In this document: positions 37,819 to 51,138 of the stretch, piece after piece | How the letters are laid out: every line of letters begins with the position of its first letter | Numbering within the stretch: the stretch's first letter is position 1 | From: Podarcis pityusensis | Taxonomy: Eukaryota | DNA length: 64,000 bases | NCBI GenBank assembly: GCA_964106645.2 | Contig: OZ067047.1 | Direction: 5' to 3' (one strand) | The notes under the pieces: model-generated | The model's database searches: none | What the model was told of the DNA's origin: nothing | What the model saw: the letters and a program-made list of their open reading frames with translations, nothing else | Made by a program: the position numbers and the translations under genes

Positions 37819-37998
37819 CTTGGCCTGGCGCAGAAATGGCACCATCACTAGTAAAGGCAGAGTAGAGGTTCTCACTAGAAGGAGATGGTTTCAGAGGCTG
37901 TAACAGATGGTTCTGTCCTGTCTCTTGGACAGTGCCAGGAGGGTGGAGGGTCTGCTGTTGGGGCAAGACCGAAGGTGCACTCTGAGCAGACAGATTGC
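37819..37998 (-). CDS. WNK1: WNK1 exon 26 (GNLSAQSAPSVL...SDGAISAPGQ)
   Basis: 180 nt, phase 1-1, AG/GT bounded. Confidence 0.93.
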
Positions 37999-40037
37999 CT
38001 AGGGAGAGAGGGAAGCAAATCAGGACACTGGCAACATGATGGGTACTTAAGTTTCCCCATCCCAAATGCACAGTGTTCATATTTCACTTCTTAAGGATGA
38101 CCTCTGCTGGCACATAAAAGGAAACTCTAGATCAGGGGTAGGGAGTTGGATCCAGTTGGGGGGCCTAGTTGTGGGTTACCCCAACTCCAGTGGCCCACTT
38201 TAACTGGTGGGTGCCTGCTTTCTGCAGAGACCAGCTGTGCTACCAGGAAACATGGTAGCAAATACAATCCAGTGGGCTTGAAGTTGCGACTCATCAGTTG
38301 ACTTGAAGTTGCCACTCATCAGTTGACAGGCAGCAACTTCAAACCTGCTTTTTGCAGGGATAAGCTGCACTTCACTACAACAGAGACAATTCCTGCAGAA
38401 AAAAGGGCTTTAAACTACCATATATCAGCCAATAGAACTTCCCATGCATGACAGCAAATCTCCCTTGCCAATGCACAACTGGGAATGCACTTTAAGGCTC
38501 TACCTGCCCCTCACCTGACATCACATCTGATTATGTTGTGTGTGCGGTAGGTCGGTATGGCATGGAGGAAAATGGCCTTGTAGGCCAAACTGGGAGCTAT
38601 GCAAGGCCTGATTAGGCCTGTGGGCCAGAGGTTTCCCACCCCTGCTTTAGATATTAAACTAGGCTGAAACCAGCAACAGCTAATGGGAGAAATGAACACA
38701 GGCCAAAAAATGAAAAGCTTTCACAGGACTGCTACACTGCTGCTTGTGGCTAACAATGGAAAGAATACTCCGTCAACAAGGGCAGTACACACAAATTAAG
38801 ACTCAGCATCCACCTGTTTCTACTGGGTACGGTAACAGAGGACTAATTAGTTATATTTACATTCCACATCTTAAAATTCAAATCTACAAGGCAGTAAACA
38901 ATAAACACCTTACTGCATGTCTTCACTGCACATACCCCACAGAAATATGCTGCAGGAAGCCTTGCTTTGCCCAATACAATCCCTCAGCACTTCTTGAGTT
39001 TTCATCTAAAGTCTAAAACGCACAGTGAAAAGGCTATGGAATACAACTTTGGTGCCTACGTTTTGCGTAACACTTGAGTGGTGTTGTGGATAAAGACAGC
39101 TGAACGTGAGCTGAGGAGACCTGGGTTTCTGGGGGTGGGGAACCTAACCTGCAGGCATATCTTCGTCAAACAGGGCCCCCAATTTGTCCAGCCAGGCTAT
39201 TTCTTCAAAATCACACCCTCCTGCCAATCAACTGTTGCCACAGTGATGGGCAGGGAGGCACCAGATGATTGTTGGGGGCATGGGGTTGCCTTCTGTGTTA
39301 GCTGCACAAACCAGTTCTCCACAGGGAACTGCAGAAGAATTTAACTTTCTGCTCATCCGCTGATGGAGAGGGGAGTTAAATCCTGCTGAGAACCCTGCTG
39401 AGAGCAGAATTGGAAGTCTCCACTCATCCGCTGAGGAGTGGAGACTTCAATCCTGCTGCATGCTGCTTCAAAGCACAGTGCAGGGCTGTTGGAAAGCCCT
39501 GTTACAAAGAGCCTCAAGCTGCTACTTAAACCTCCAGTTTTCCCAGGTTTGAAGAGCAGCACTGGGCTGTTTGCAAAACACTTTCCAACAGCCCTGCAGT
39601 ATCCTTTGAAGGGCTTCAGAGTGCAATGTCACATGGCATCATAGTGATGTCAGGTGATTGAGACGTAGGCACCCCGCACACCTGTCAAATTTGGCTCACC
39701 AGGTGTGGGGAAATAAGGATAAGAACAAAAATATCCCCATCCCTGGTTCAAGTTGCCAGTGAGACATAAAGCTCACTAAGAAACAGAAAGCCAGCCACCT
39801 GCTTTCAGCTTAATCTACATTACAAAAGGAAGAGAGAGGCAGCGATCATGTGCACTACTCTGAGCTCCTTGAAGGAAGTGGGATAAAGATCAGTGGCAGT
39901 TGGAAGGAGAATTTGCAGTAGGAGAGTTCATGGTAGCCAGTCGAGCCCATATTAAGCAGCCCATATTAAACAAAAAGTCACAAGACACTACACAAAGCCA
40001 ACTTACCCAACCCATGGCCATTTCTAAAGTGTCTTAC

Positions 40038-40240
40038 CCAAAATTTGAGGGCTCTTGTTACCCTGGGAACTGCTGCGGCTGGATCTGCTGCCTTTTCCTT
40101 TAGTGGGTCTTCTTCGCCTGCCTGACAGAGGAGCGGCAGGAGGGATGATTACTGCTGGAGGTACCTTGCCTAGTTTCGTGTAAAGCAGTTCAATCTCCAT
40201 CTTTTGGCGACTTTGAAGCTCTTGGATCTCTTTAAGGTGC
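40038..40240 (-). CDS. WNK1: WNK1 exon 25 (C-terminal coiled coil with HQ motif; HLKEIQELQSRQK...)
   Basis: 203 nt, donor GTAAGA. Confidence 0.96.
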
Positions 40241-41897
40241 CTAAATGAATAGGAAAGCAAATATGTGTCACTTTTCATACCACTAAATTATCCTAATAAT
40301 GGATGGACAAGAAGTGAACCCAGATTAGAAGCTATTTATCTAGGCATTATCCTATACAACTACGGCTGCATACAGTATGACAGTGGATTACCACCCTCTC
40401 AGAGGAGTGCTCCAAACAGCATGCAACAGTGCAGGGCAGTTCAGGGCAGGCTAGTGAAGGGGGAGAAGCAAGTAGTTTCAGGAGGAGAAGGGGAGAGAAA
40501 AAATCCACCCCAGCATTCTCCTGTTGTACTAAGGATTTTATAGCTATATAAAGGGGGTGGGGAGGAGAGGAAAGTGGGAAAAGTGGACATTTACTGTAAA
40601 ACACATGGACTATCGGTAGTTAAATTCTCTTCCCCTGCCCTTCATTTTCTCCCACTGCCAACTGCCTACTCCTGGAGTTAACTGATACTAGATGAGCCTG
40701 GTTCCTTTGGATCAGAAATGGGGGACCTTGGACCACCATGTGTTTCAAGAACGTTAAGGTTTGGCCTATATATTAATATATGGACAGATGGTTGATACTT
40801 TACTTAATTGTGTTGATTTATTTTCTTGTGCTTCATTATGTTTTAATCACTGCAACCTCCCCTGAGTCTGGTTTTTTTTAAAGAAATAAATAGATAATAC
40901 ACTAAGCTCATCAGCCCAGGTCAGCATGGCCAGTTGACAGGGATGGTAGGAACTGGAGTACAAGAACATCTGGAAGGTCACAAGATCCCCACCCCTGGCT
41001 TCAGATCCATTTTTCTCTCTTGGCTCAACTGCCCCAAGTATCCTGGAAGCCCAGAGGTTCTTTCCAGGCAGTTTTGGAACTGTTTTTCTAATTCTTTTAT
41101 GAACGCCGAGGCCTGGTGCCTCCCCCCAACGGTCTCCCGTCACACTGATGTGGTCCATATCCAGGGACATGAGCACACAACAAGCAGAGTTCAAAACAGA
41201 AGCTCAGCCTTGAGGAGTAACATCTAAGCCTAATATATTGCAAATTAAATCAAACGTAACAGAACAAAGAAAACATGGCTCCTCTCTGTCTTTCTTCCTC
41301 GGAGAGAGAGTTGCAAAAGCAAGAGCTATACAGAGCGGAAACAGTGTATCTCAATTTCCTCTCACAAGACTCCAACAATCAGTGCTGGAATGTAAACAGA
41401 CATGTGACATGTAACAATCCCACACACACATCTGCAGCACAGGAGGAATGAAATTCTCAACACTGAATCACCTGAATCTCCAATTAGCTAAAGCGAGAAA
41501 GCCAGAAGCATGGGAGCTCTGTACTTTAGTCCACTCATAAAATACTAAAGAGCTAGACATCTAGTCCGCTCATGCATTTTTAGCACCTAAGACTGAACAG
41601 TGTCCCAGACATCTCCAGTTCAAATCTTGCCTCTGCTGTGAACTCTAAGAGAAGCCCCTATTTTCTCAACCTCTGCTGCCTATCCATTAATAAGGAGATG
41701 TTAATTGCAAGGAAGCACTCATTCCACTAGAAAAACAGGGGACAAATATTGTAGACCTCACTATACAAATTCCCTGCAAGTGTTGACTGCAGATAACTGT
41801 TTTTAGTCCCACTACACGGGATAAAACTTTCAATCAAGTAATGATTCTACTCATTATGTCCTCTTAAAAAAGTCGGGGGGGGGGCGAGAAGACTTAC

Positions 41898-42541
41898 TTC
41901 TCTCGCAATTGGCGCAGCTCACACTTCAAGTCTTCATCTTCTATGTCCGACTCATTATCACTGCTCATGTAGGAAGAGTTGAATGAGTTGCTAAGGCTCT
42001 GAACTGGAAGACTGATCTTTGACCCAGGTGGATGGAGAGAGTCTGGACTCCTTGAGCCATCATCTTGCTCCTTAGCTGCACCACTCAGGAAGGCAGCTTC
42101 CAGCTCAGACGATGGCCCATTCAGATGCAGAGAATGCCTTCTCGCTATAAGCCCTGGTTTAGGAGTTTTGATGGGAGAAGAAACGTGCTCAGAGTTTACA
42201 GTCAGAGGGACTATTGAAGGGACCTCTCTCTCCACACAGGTCACCTCATCTTGAGTTTTAGACACAGAAAACCGGCCCACTTGGTCTGTTGCTGTCGTCG
42301 TCACCTGGAAACGCCCAACCTTGGTTGGCTGCAAATGGGCGGTGGAAGTTTGTGAAAAAACTCCATCCACCACATCTGCAGAGGTAACAGCAATGGCCTC
42401 GGCTATCCCACTGGAGGTTGGCTTCACCAGAGTACTCTCAGGGCTGCTGCTGCTAGACAAAGATGAGGAATCTGAGCTGCTTGTGTCGAAGTGCCTGGGC
42501 TTACTTCCACTCTCTTTCTGCTCATCCACAGCTACTGACAC
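41898..42541 (-). CDS. WNK1: WNK1 exon 24 (RFQV and RFSV SPAK/OSR1 docking motifs; SSDNESDIEDEDLK)
   Basis: 644 nt, donor GTAAGT, phase 0-2. Confidence 0.96.
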
Positions 42542-43114
42542 CTAGAGACAATAGAGACATACAGTAATATAGCCAGAGCACCTTTACAGAGTGGCACTTT
42601 ACAAAGTGTAAGATGATAGGTTCCTGCCTTGAGCAGCTTAGTCTGAAATTTGACACAGGGGACGCAGAACAAAAAGGAAAAGAAAGTGGAAGCAGGGTTA
42701 AACAGAAAAATATGTGGATCTGCTTCACATGTATAGGCTTAGTTACAGTAAGGCACAGGAACTAAGGGTTGTTTGTGCCAAGGCTTCACATAAAAAGCCA
42801 GAACAATTTTAAACAGTTCTCCCTCCAAAAGGAGCCAACCACTGCATTAGATCATTTTCTGATAAAAACTTGTGCTGACACCAAATACCATAGTCACAAG
42901 ATGAAAGCAGAAAATGGATAATGAGACAAGATGGGCATCTTTTGAAGAATGCTAGTAATGCTTAAAGGGCAAGAGTGTTGTTGAGATGCTGATGGGCCAG
43001 AGCAGCCATAACAGTTGTACAATCTTGTCCCAGTCTCAGCTCCCTGTCTATAAAGTAAGAACCATAAAAGTCACACAGTAGCTGGGGTAGACACAACAAA
43101 ACGTTGTAAAATAC

Positions 43115-43188
43115 CTGAAAACGACCCATCTTAAGAACTGCAACTCCTGAGGTGGTAGTTGAGGAACAGCTTCCTGCATCCTGAGAAT
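43115..43188 (-). CDS. WNK1: WNK1 exon 23 (DSQDAGS...KMGRFQ)
   Basis: 74 nt; RFQ|V motif completed across the junction with exon 24. Confidence 0.94.
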
Positions 43189-44945
43189 CTGAAATGGGGA
43201 AAAGTGGGAAGAGGATTTGCAATTCAATTTTTTGCCCACTGTGTTTGTGAACAAAATTCTCTGAGAAAAGTCAATCAGAAATGTGTTCCTCTAATTAGCT
43301 CAAAAGAAGCTGTTACAAAACTGCTTTAACAGTTTCAGTTAAGTCAACTTACTTTTTTCTAGTTTTTCTAGTAACCAGGGTTAAGTAGGCGGGGGCTTTG
43401 TTTTGGGAACATGCAGTATTCACCTTCTACAAAAAGGTATGTAGTACCTCATTCGAACATTTCCTTAACAAAAACTGATTATTTTCATATTGGCTTTGAC
43501 AACACATGACAGGATTCTACTGGCAGAAATGTTGCTTGTCTACCCAAGAGAAACCTAAAGGAATTACTAACATATTAACTCATTAGGCCCTGTTGGAAGA
43601 GAAGTGCAAGCAATTCTTACAAGAGAAAAGAACTTTACACTAAAGTTGCAATGGGAAAACAATGACCTATTTCCTAAGGCTGTGCATCCCCCCCCCCCCA
43701 AAAAAAAACCTAGGCTAATGAGGGAAACACCAGGCCCAGATCTAGCCCCAAATCAACTGGGGGAGTCGAGAGGAAAGGAGCAAACTCTGCATCTCCTCCT
43801 ACCTCACCCCAGAGCAGGAGGATTTAATTCTGCTGGGAGCTGCTTCACCAGACCTTTTCCCACAGGAGCACACTGGCAGAGCAGAGCCTGAAAGTCAGTG
43901 GGACTGAAACCTCCTGTTCATGGGTGGGGAAAGAGACACAGCACTCACTACCCTCACCATCTGAGAGGTGCCGCAAAAGCAGAGGCTGGCAAGGAAGATG
44001 CAGTATGTTCCACTTGAAAGGCCTCAAGGGGCAGCTGGGTGGCAGCAAGGAATGGCACAGGTGGGAGAAGCCTGGACTCCCAAGACCCGGCAGCATCCAC
44101 GGGATGTGCTTGGTGCTTGCTTAAAGGGTAAGATAGGCAGGAAGGGAACTTGTTGAGGCTGATGATGGGAGCAATGAGTAGTGTGGATGGAGGCGGCAGA
44201 AGCCAGACCCGCTGTAGGCACTTTCTTTATAGGGCCTTGTATGGCAACGCAAATCCCTGTTCGGTTTCAGCAGAAGGAGCTGCTGCTGTGCTGGAGGAAA
44301 CCAGGTAAGATTACAACAGCAAGAGAGACTTGCAAAATGAATACTATTTTAGATGCTTACCAGAGAATTCAATCCTTCAGGGGTCAGCTTCCCCAGCACA
44401 TTCCCTGTGGGGAGTTTGCTGGAGAAACAGACTGCCTGCCTCTCCTGAATCCCAACCAATGCCCCACTCCCTAACAGCCCCAGATTGTTCCAGGCAGCCC
44501 AACCTGGCTCAGTCTGGCGCTGCCTCTACCCAACTTGGGATTCCCCTCCTCCCTAACTGGCCCAATTCAGTCCAGGCTTCAGCCAAATCTGGTGCACAGC
44601 CTGAATATTTACAATGCCTGAGTGACCACAGTACAATCAAATCATTGTTAAAGAGCAAAAGGGAATGTGCTACCCATAAAAGCTACTGGGAAAAGAATGA
44701 ACCCTAGAGATCATTTTAGTCACTGCTTAAGAGCAATCGTACTTTCACCCCGTGTCAAACTATCCACATAATCACTTGGTTTTTAAAAAAAATATTATTC
44801 ATTTGTTTTGAGGTAGAATTCCAAAAGCCAAAACGTTTGAGATTATAATCCTTTTGCATAGGATTCATGAACAAACATCTAGTATAACAAACAGCAGGCA
44901 GCAAGTGTTCTTGTTCAGACATTGTTCATTCCAAAAGGTTCTTAC

Positions 44946-45015
44946 CAGTATTTGTAGGCTGTTCTGGTGCAGATGCCATTCCAGTAACCGTTGTAGAAGC
45001 CACCGATGGCAGAGG
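44946..45015 (-). CDS. WNK1: WNK1 exon 22 (PLPSVASTTVTGMASAPEQPTNT)
   Basis: 70 nt, ttcatag|...G|GTAAGA; phase 0-1 bridges exons 21 and 23. Confidence 0.85.
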
Positions 45016-45330
45016 CTATGAAAAATACAAACAAACAAAATAAAGTTCACCAGAATATTCTAATTTCCTTTTCTTTTCAAAAAAATTCAGGGCACTAATT
45101 TGCCCGTAGTTATTCACGGGATCACATCAATTCTCTTAAGCTTCAGATACCAAAGCAAAGCACTGACGAGTATCCACTGTAGCAAGTCAAGGCCTCTCCT
45201 TAAGCAGCCTTCCCAAATCCAGTATTAGCATATGAAAGGCCATCCTGTTTCAAATGATTCTGTACACACTACAGCATCTTAAAGTTGGGGAGGGGAAACC
45301 CTGAAAAAACAGCTTTGCTGTTGCTAATAG

Positions 45331-45568
45331 CAGTCATACCTTGGTTCTCGAACGCCTTGGTATTTGCACGTTTTGGCTCCCAAACACCAAAAACCCAGAA
45401 GTGTTCTGGTTTTTGAATGCTTTTCGGAAGCTGAACATCCGACGCAGCTTCCACTTGAGTGCAGGAAGCTCCTGCAGTCAATCAGAAGCCGTGCCTTGTT
45501 TTTCGAAAGGTTTCGGGAGTCAAACGGACTCCCGGAACAGATTAAGTTTGAGAACCAAGGTTCCACTG
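45331..45568. mobile_element. Tc1/mariner (Tigger-like) MITE
   Basis: TIRs CAGTCATACCTTGGTTCTCGAAC / GTTTGAGAACCAAGGTTCCACTG; TA on the right flank; CpG-retaining. Confidence 0.8.
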
Positions 45569-46483
45569 TACAGGCCTTATATTTTATATAACACAATTTG
45601 TTTTCCATACAACTCCATTGCCTATTTTCACAGTTGGAGAAAATGCTAGTTCTCACTGAGATGGTAAAGTTGTGTCTGGGCTGCAGGTGGAGGTTCACAT
45701 GATTGAATACTATTCCACATGCAAAAAACTTCAACACAGAAAACTAGATGTCAGGGAGAAAAGTTGTGGCACCAGATCCAAAAAGAAAACCCACCAATAA
45801 CCTTCCTGTTTAACTTATTGAGCTCCTATAACCTCTCTCAGAAAACATTCATTACTTTTGAAGCTCAGAAATATATTTATATATCTAAAGAGTAGAGAAT
45901 GGTGCATGTAATTATGAGGAGCATAGCATGATGTGGGGCTTGCACATACACGGAGGAATACATAGACCTCTACATGTATAAATGGAGTCTAAAATAAGGT
46001 ATGTGGTGCCTATTTTATACTGAAGGGGTAGTAAACACTGGAGGGTAGCGCATTGACCACTCCTGCTTTTCCATTTAAAAAAAGAACACAAGAATCAGGT
46101 TCAACCACAATTAAAATACTACAAAACAAACAGCATGGAAACAGGCAATAAACCAATGACACCTTTGTTCTAAGCCAATAATCTATTTTGTCCCTGGAGC
46201 CTCCACTCATCGTAGCTGCAAGAGACGACTGCCTCTCCCAATCTCTAAGCAAAAAATCCTGCTTCCCTCGTTAGCCACATATACACTTGTACTCCAGAGC
46301 TTGTGGTCGGCCACATGAAACCAATTGCTTCCTGCTCACCCCTTGAGCCCCTGGAAATGAATCCTGCAAGTTGTAACCCCTTGGTAAACATGTCCCTTCT
46401 GTCCTGGGCTTCCATCTCACAGAAGCAGTGCAGACGCAGATGGGCATGTTGAACTTTTTGGTAACTAGTTCAGTAAAACTTAC

Positions 46484-46570
46484 ACCGGCAGGAGCTGATG
46501 TTGTTGGAACATTTTCTGGACTCAAGGCTCTTCTCAACTGGGCATCCAAGTCCTCCAGAGGTTGCTGAGA
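46484..46570 (-). CDS. WNK1: WNK1 exon 21 (SQQPLEDLDAQLRRALSPE...)
   Basis: 87 nt, donor GTAAGT. Confidence 0.95.
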
Positions 46571-47129
46571 CTGCAGGAAGTAGGAACAGTTAACTGTTGC
46601 CCCTTTAAACCTTGCTATACATGTAACATCTAAACTATTTTGAATTCTACAACAGAATTCTGAAGTGACATCAGAAATTCAATGATTAAGCAGAAGACCA
46701 CAATATTATCATCTTTTAATCATAGAACATTCATGAATGTGACTTTACTTCACTATAATGTCATTTACGACAACAATGCAGCAGTCAAGCTTCTCGGAAG
46801 CTAATCAATTTCATGTTTTTAAAGAAACCTAGTGAAGAGTCCAGAACTCATGTGTTTGTGTATTCCACAGCCCACAGCCACTTAAGACACAGACACAAAG
46901 CCTCCTTCAGAATAATCCTGTGTGGGCACCTTGGAAACTATTTTATTGGGATAAATGTTTGTAGCCAACAGCCTACTTTAGGTGTATAAAGTGAACTGAG
47001 AATGGACTGCTGCTTACATGATATATACCCAGAGTTGAGGTGCACTAAACTTTCAGAGAACAGTTATTTCCAGTTTTCAACAGCTATATGGCAGGAAATA
47101 AGAGGAGAGATAAATGGGCACATTGTATG

Positions 47130-47237
47130 GTATTCAATTATGCTTTACTCAGAGTAGAACACTGAAATTAATGGGACCTAAATTAGTCATGTTCATTAAT
47201 TTCAATTGGTCTACTCTGAGTATAGCTTAGTTGAATT
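47130..47237. repeat. Palindromic MITE-like repeat; related fragments near 49340-49420 and 52605-52640
   Basis: Arms TACTCAGAGTAGA..TGAAATTAATG / CATTAATTTCA..TCTACTCTGAGTA. Confidence 0.6.
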
Positions 47238-47963
47238 CCACCTGTAATACAAGTATCCTTGAGCCAGTCAGGTGACTGTTGAGATGTCAGATTCCCATAA
47301 TACTCTGGGCTACATTTTTCTACCCATCCAACATTTAACGCACTGTCATTTACAAAGTTTCCAAAAGAATCACTCCTTACTGCTCTGTATATGTCTGTTG
47401 AAAGCAAACAAGCTACATGATGTTATTATATGACCAATGCAAAAGTCAACTACAGTCAAATCCGTTCAATCCATGTCTTGGCACGTCAATATAAACCTCC
47501 ATACAAACCAGTCCTTAGCCTTCATAGGCAAACACAGTTGTTTTATCTACCCCATAATCTAGGAATCAAAGGAACCAGCTTATGTGCATTCATTAAATTT
47601 CATCCTTTGCACTTCATCCATCTGTTTCAGACCTTGGAGAACATCTCCATGGATTCATTTTGTTTCCCCAAAGTACAAAAATGTAAGAATCTGGCTCTAA
47701 TCATACATGACTCTGTATTGATGACTCCATACCTCAATCAACTTATGACGGAAGTGGAATATCTGCTATTAGGCATGCAATGCCACATAATATCAGACTA
47801 ATATTTTTGAGATGTTTCTTTCCATCATGTTTGTAGGACAAAGCCTAGAAATTGCTCTCCAGATAGGTATGAAACCCATTATAGGCCATTGTGGAAACGA
47901 GACATTACACTTACCCAAAGTGTGCCTCATCTTACGTTTCCTACAACATCTTAAGCATGGTTA

Positions 47964-48309
47964 AAGGTAAAGAGACCCCTGACCATTAGGTCCAGTCGTG
48001 ACCGACTCTGGGGTTGTGGCGCTCATATCACTTTAATTGGCCAAGGAAGCTGGTGCACAGCTTCCGGGTCATGTGGCCAGCATGACTAAGCTGCTTCTGG
48101 CGAACCAGAGCAGCGCACGGAAACGCCGTTTACCTTCCCGCTGGAGCGGTACCTATTTATCTACTTGCACTTTGACGTGCTTTCAAACTGCTAGGTTGGC
48201 AGGAGCAGGGACCAAGCAACGGGAGCTCACCCCATCACGGGGATTCGAACCGCCGACCTTCTGATCAGCAAGTCCTAAGCTCTGTGGTTTAACCCACAGC
48301 GCCACCCGT
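47964..48309 (-). mobile_element. Sauria SINE, near full length
   Basis: tRNA-like head with B box GGTTCGAATCC; TSD CATGGTTA at 47956-47963 and 48313-48320. Confidence 0.93.
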
Positions 48310-48789
48310 AATCATGGTTAGCATTGTGTTATAATGGAATAGTATGAAAACAGAAAGAGAGGCCTAAGTAAAAGTATAAAAATATACCTTTAATTGCTAT
48401 AATTTATTCAGGAGTTTGTTTACATATCCAGCCATGAAAATATCATAGCAGCATTGACTGATGAGGTGACTAAGGTTAGTTTAGAACAGGCATCCTCAAA
48501 CTCGGCCCTCCAGCTGTTTTGGGTCTACAATGCTGACCCCAAGAAAGTACAAGTAGCTTTAAACTAGTGCTCATGAAGTTCAGCAGCTTTTATTTCTTTG
48601 TGGGGCTTGCACATTGGGACACAGCAATCTTCAAAGGAAAAAAGGAGTATCAAATGAAGAAACCATTTCAATTTTTCTAAAAGAAAAGGTTACTCGGTGT
48701 AAAAAAAGTGTAGAAAGAAATAACATGCAATAGAGTTTAATTTAAACATGCTCTTTGAAAAGGGGAAAAAAGAGAAGCAGATGTAGCAC

Positions 48790-48873
48790 CTGAGTTAGTG
48801 TAGGTCCTGGAAAGGGTGGCAGCTGCTCACTGGCTGGAGTGCCAGCTGGAAGTTCAGAACCTACCAGTGGCCC
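48790..48873 (-). CDS. WNK1: WNK1 exon 20 (GPLVGSELPAGTPASEQLPPFPGPTLTQ)
   Basis: 84 nt, phase 0-0. Confidence 0.93.
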
Positions 48874-51138
48874 CTATGAATAGATGGTAAAATTCAAGTT
48901 CAGTCACAGAAGAAAAAGATCGTAACATCATATAGATAAAAGAAAATTCGCTGTAGAAGCTTTAATACTGAAGGAGTACTATTAACAAAATAGAAACAAA
49001 TTTTTTGACTCAACCACCACAAATAGCATATTATCCCTGAAGATGGGGATATGCTAAAACATGGTCCAGCACTTGGACGCTTTGCCACCTTTTTCTGACT
49101 TCCCATTTCTATAGCGTTGCCCCTTCTTTGCTCACTCCCTGGCAACTGCTTGTCTCTCACTAACACTTGGTACAGATTTCCTACCCTCCTACCTGCTACT
49201 GGATTGATAGTGGGATCTGGGTTATTTGACTGTAAACATAAAGTGCAGCGAAAGCTATTAGAGGGAATACAACCAACCCCCATATTTAAGGGCAGTTTAA
49301 ACAAGGCAATACACAGCCAAGTTTTCACAGAATCATAGAGCCATTAAAATGAATGAATGTGACTAAGGGAGCAACTAATTTCTGCAGGTCTACTCTGAGT
49401 AAAACTTAGCTGAATACCACCCAGACCAGGTAAAGGCTCTCAAAGGTCAATGCCAGATTTGCCATTATACTCATTTCATACATGGACCTTTTTTCTACTC
49501 ATGTTACCTTCCTATATGAAAACTACTCTACACAGAAGCTTGTAAACTCATGTGGCAGTTTTGTTTTGTTTTGTAACACGTAATACTGTACCTAGTTTTC
49601 CAGCAGACTAATTGCAGTCCCTGCATAAAATAGTGTCATATGTGATATAGTCCCAAGTGGAGGAAAATACTTTTAGCAGTCTTCTCCAAACAATTCTTAA
49701 GATAACGCTGTTATCTCAGATACTCATTCATGAGACATAGTTAGGCACAGCAAACATTACAGAAATCCACAGTGCCTAGTATTACAATCTTATGGCATTC
49801 ATGCTTAGAAACCTATTACCATTCTACAACAAAGCATCTGTTGTAGCCATTTTGATAGAAACTACTGAATGTGTATTATTGTTTACACACCATGCTATAC
49901 TGAGAGAAAAAACCTCTCTTCCCATGCAAGTAGTTTGCAATAAGGCATGTCTCAAGCCATCCTTTGATGCACAAGTACATTCAGAAGGTCTGGCTTGCTA
50001 AAGTAAGTATTTGTGGATTACGGTTACTGTAATTATTTGCAAGGCTGATCAACCAAAAGTGTAAAAAGGAGCTAACAAATGGGCGGATGGTGCATGTTTG
50101 GGTTTAGTTGAATTCATAAAAACTAGCCGTCTACTGGGTGTTTTATTAAAAGACGGTTGAACATGCAAAATGCAAGGAAAAACTCAGCTAAGTTACCAAA
50201 AAATTGTTAGATAAGAGGCAGTAGAATGAAGCACATCAGTCTCATAGCAAGGTTAGAAAGAACATTCCAGCGACTTCCGTATATAATAATAGAAATGAAA
50301 GTTTAAAAGGTAAGGTGTGGGATCTCTGAACACTCTCTCAACTCCCTCTTAAAAATACATAGCTGTACAAATTTCAGTCTGGCATAATCACTGTGTACAG
50401 TACTTTCTGGCAACATGAATGAACTGAAAGTCAGTGCTATCTACTTCGACACTGGACAGTTTTAGGAAACAATTGACTACACAATCTGATACAAATTTCT
50501 GTGAACACCACAAATCTTTTAGCCATCTCTTTTCCAACTGTAGTTTCCCCTGCAGAATTTATATTGATGGCACAACCCATGTTTATCATAGGACTACAGT
50601 TAACATGGCAAGTGTGCCATCAGACTACAAAACCTACTACATACTTTGGCACTTAACATATTCTCTATTTACTGAATGTACATGTCAAAAAACAGGCCTC
50701 ATATGCCCACACAAAAACAGCTAACAATGTGTGTACATGCACGCTCCACATGCATGTTTCTTGTTACATCTTAATAAATTGATGCTCAGCAGCAAACTGC
50801 AACAATTGTCTCAATGTTGGTCAGACGTTTGCCTTGCATTTGAAGAAGCTGCCATGGCCATTGGCCACCCAGAATGTGAACTGAAATGAAAACAGCCCAT
50901 GGTGCTAGCGATACATTACTTCTTCCTTGTTTTGTACACAATGAGGTCATACAGAAGTCATGGCAAGCACCAATACTTAAGAGGTATGCAAACAAAGGGG
51001 GTGGGGGACAGCTGAATTAAAGCACTAAATGCACAGAACTGACCAAGGAAGGAATAGATAAATGTTCCAGGTCAGTCTTAGAAGGCTCCTAGATTAGGAT
51101 ATTTTTAAAAGCATTCATAAGGACACAGAATTCCTTAC

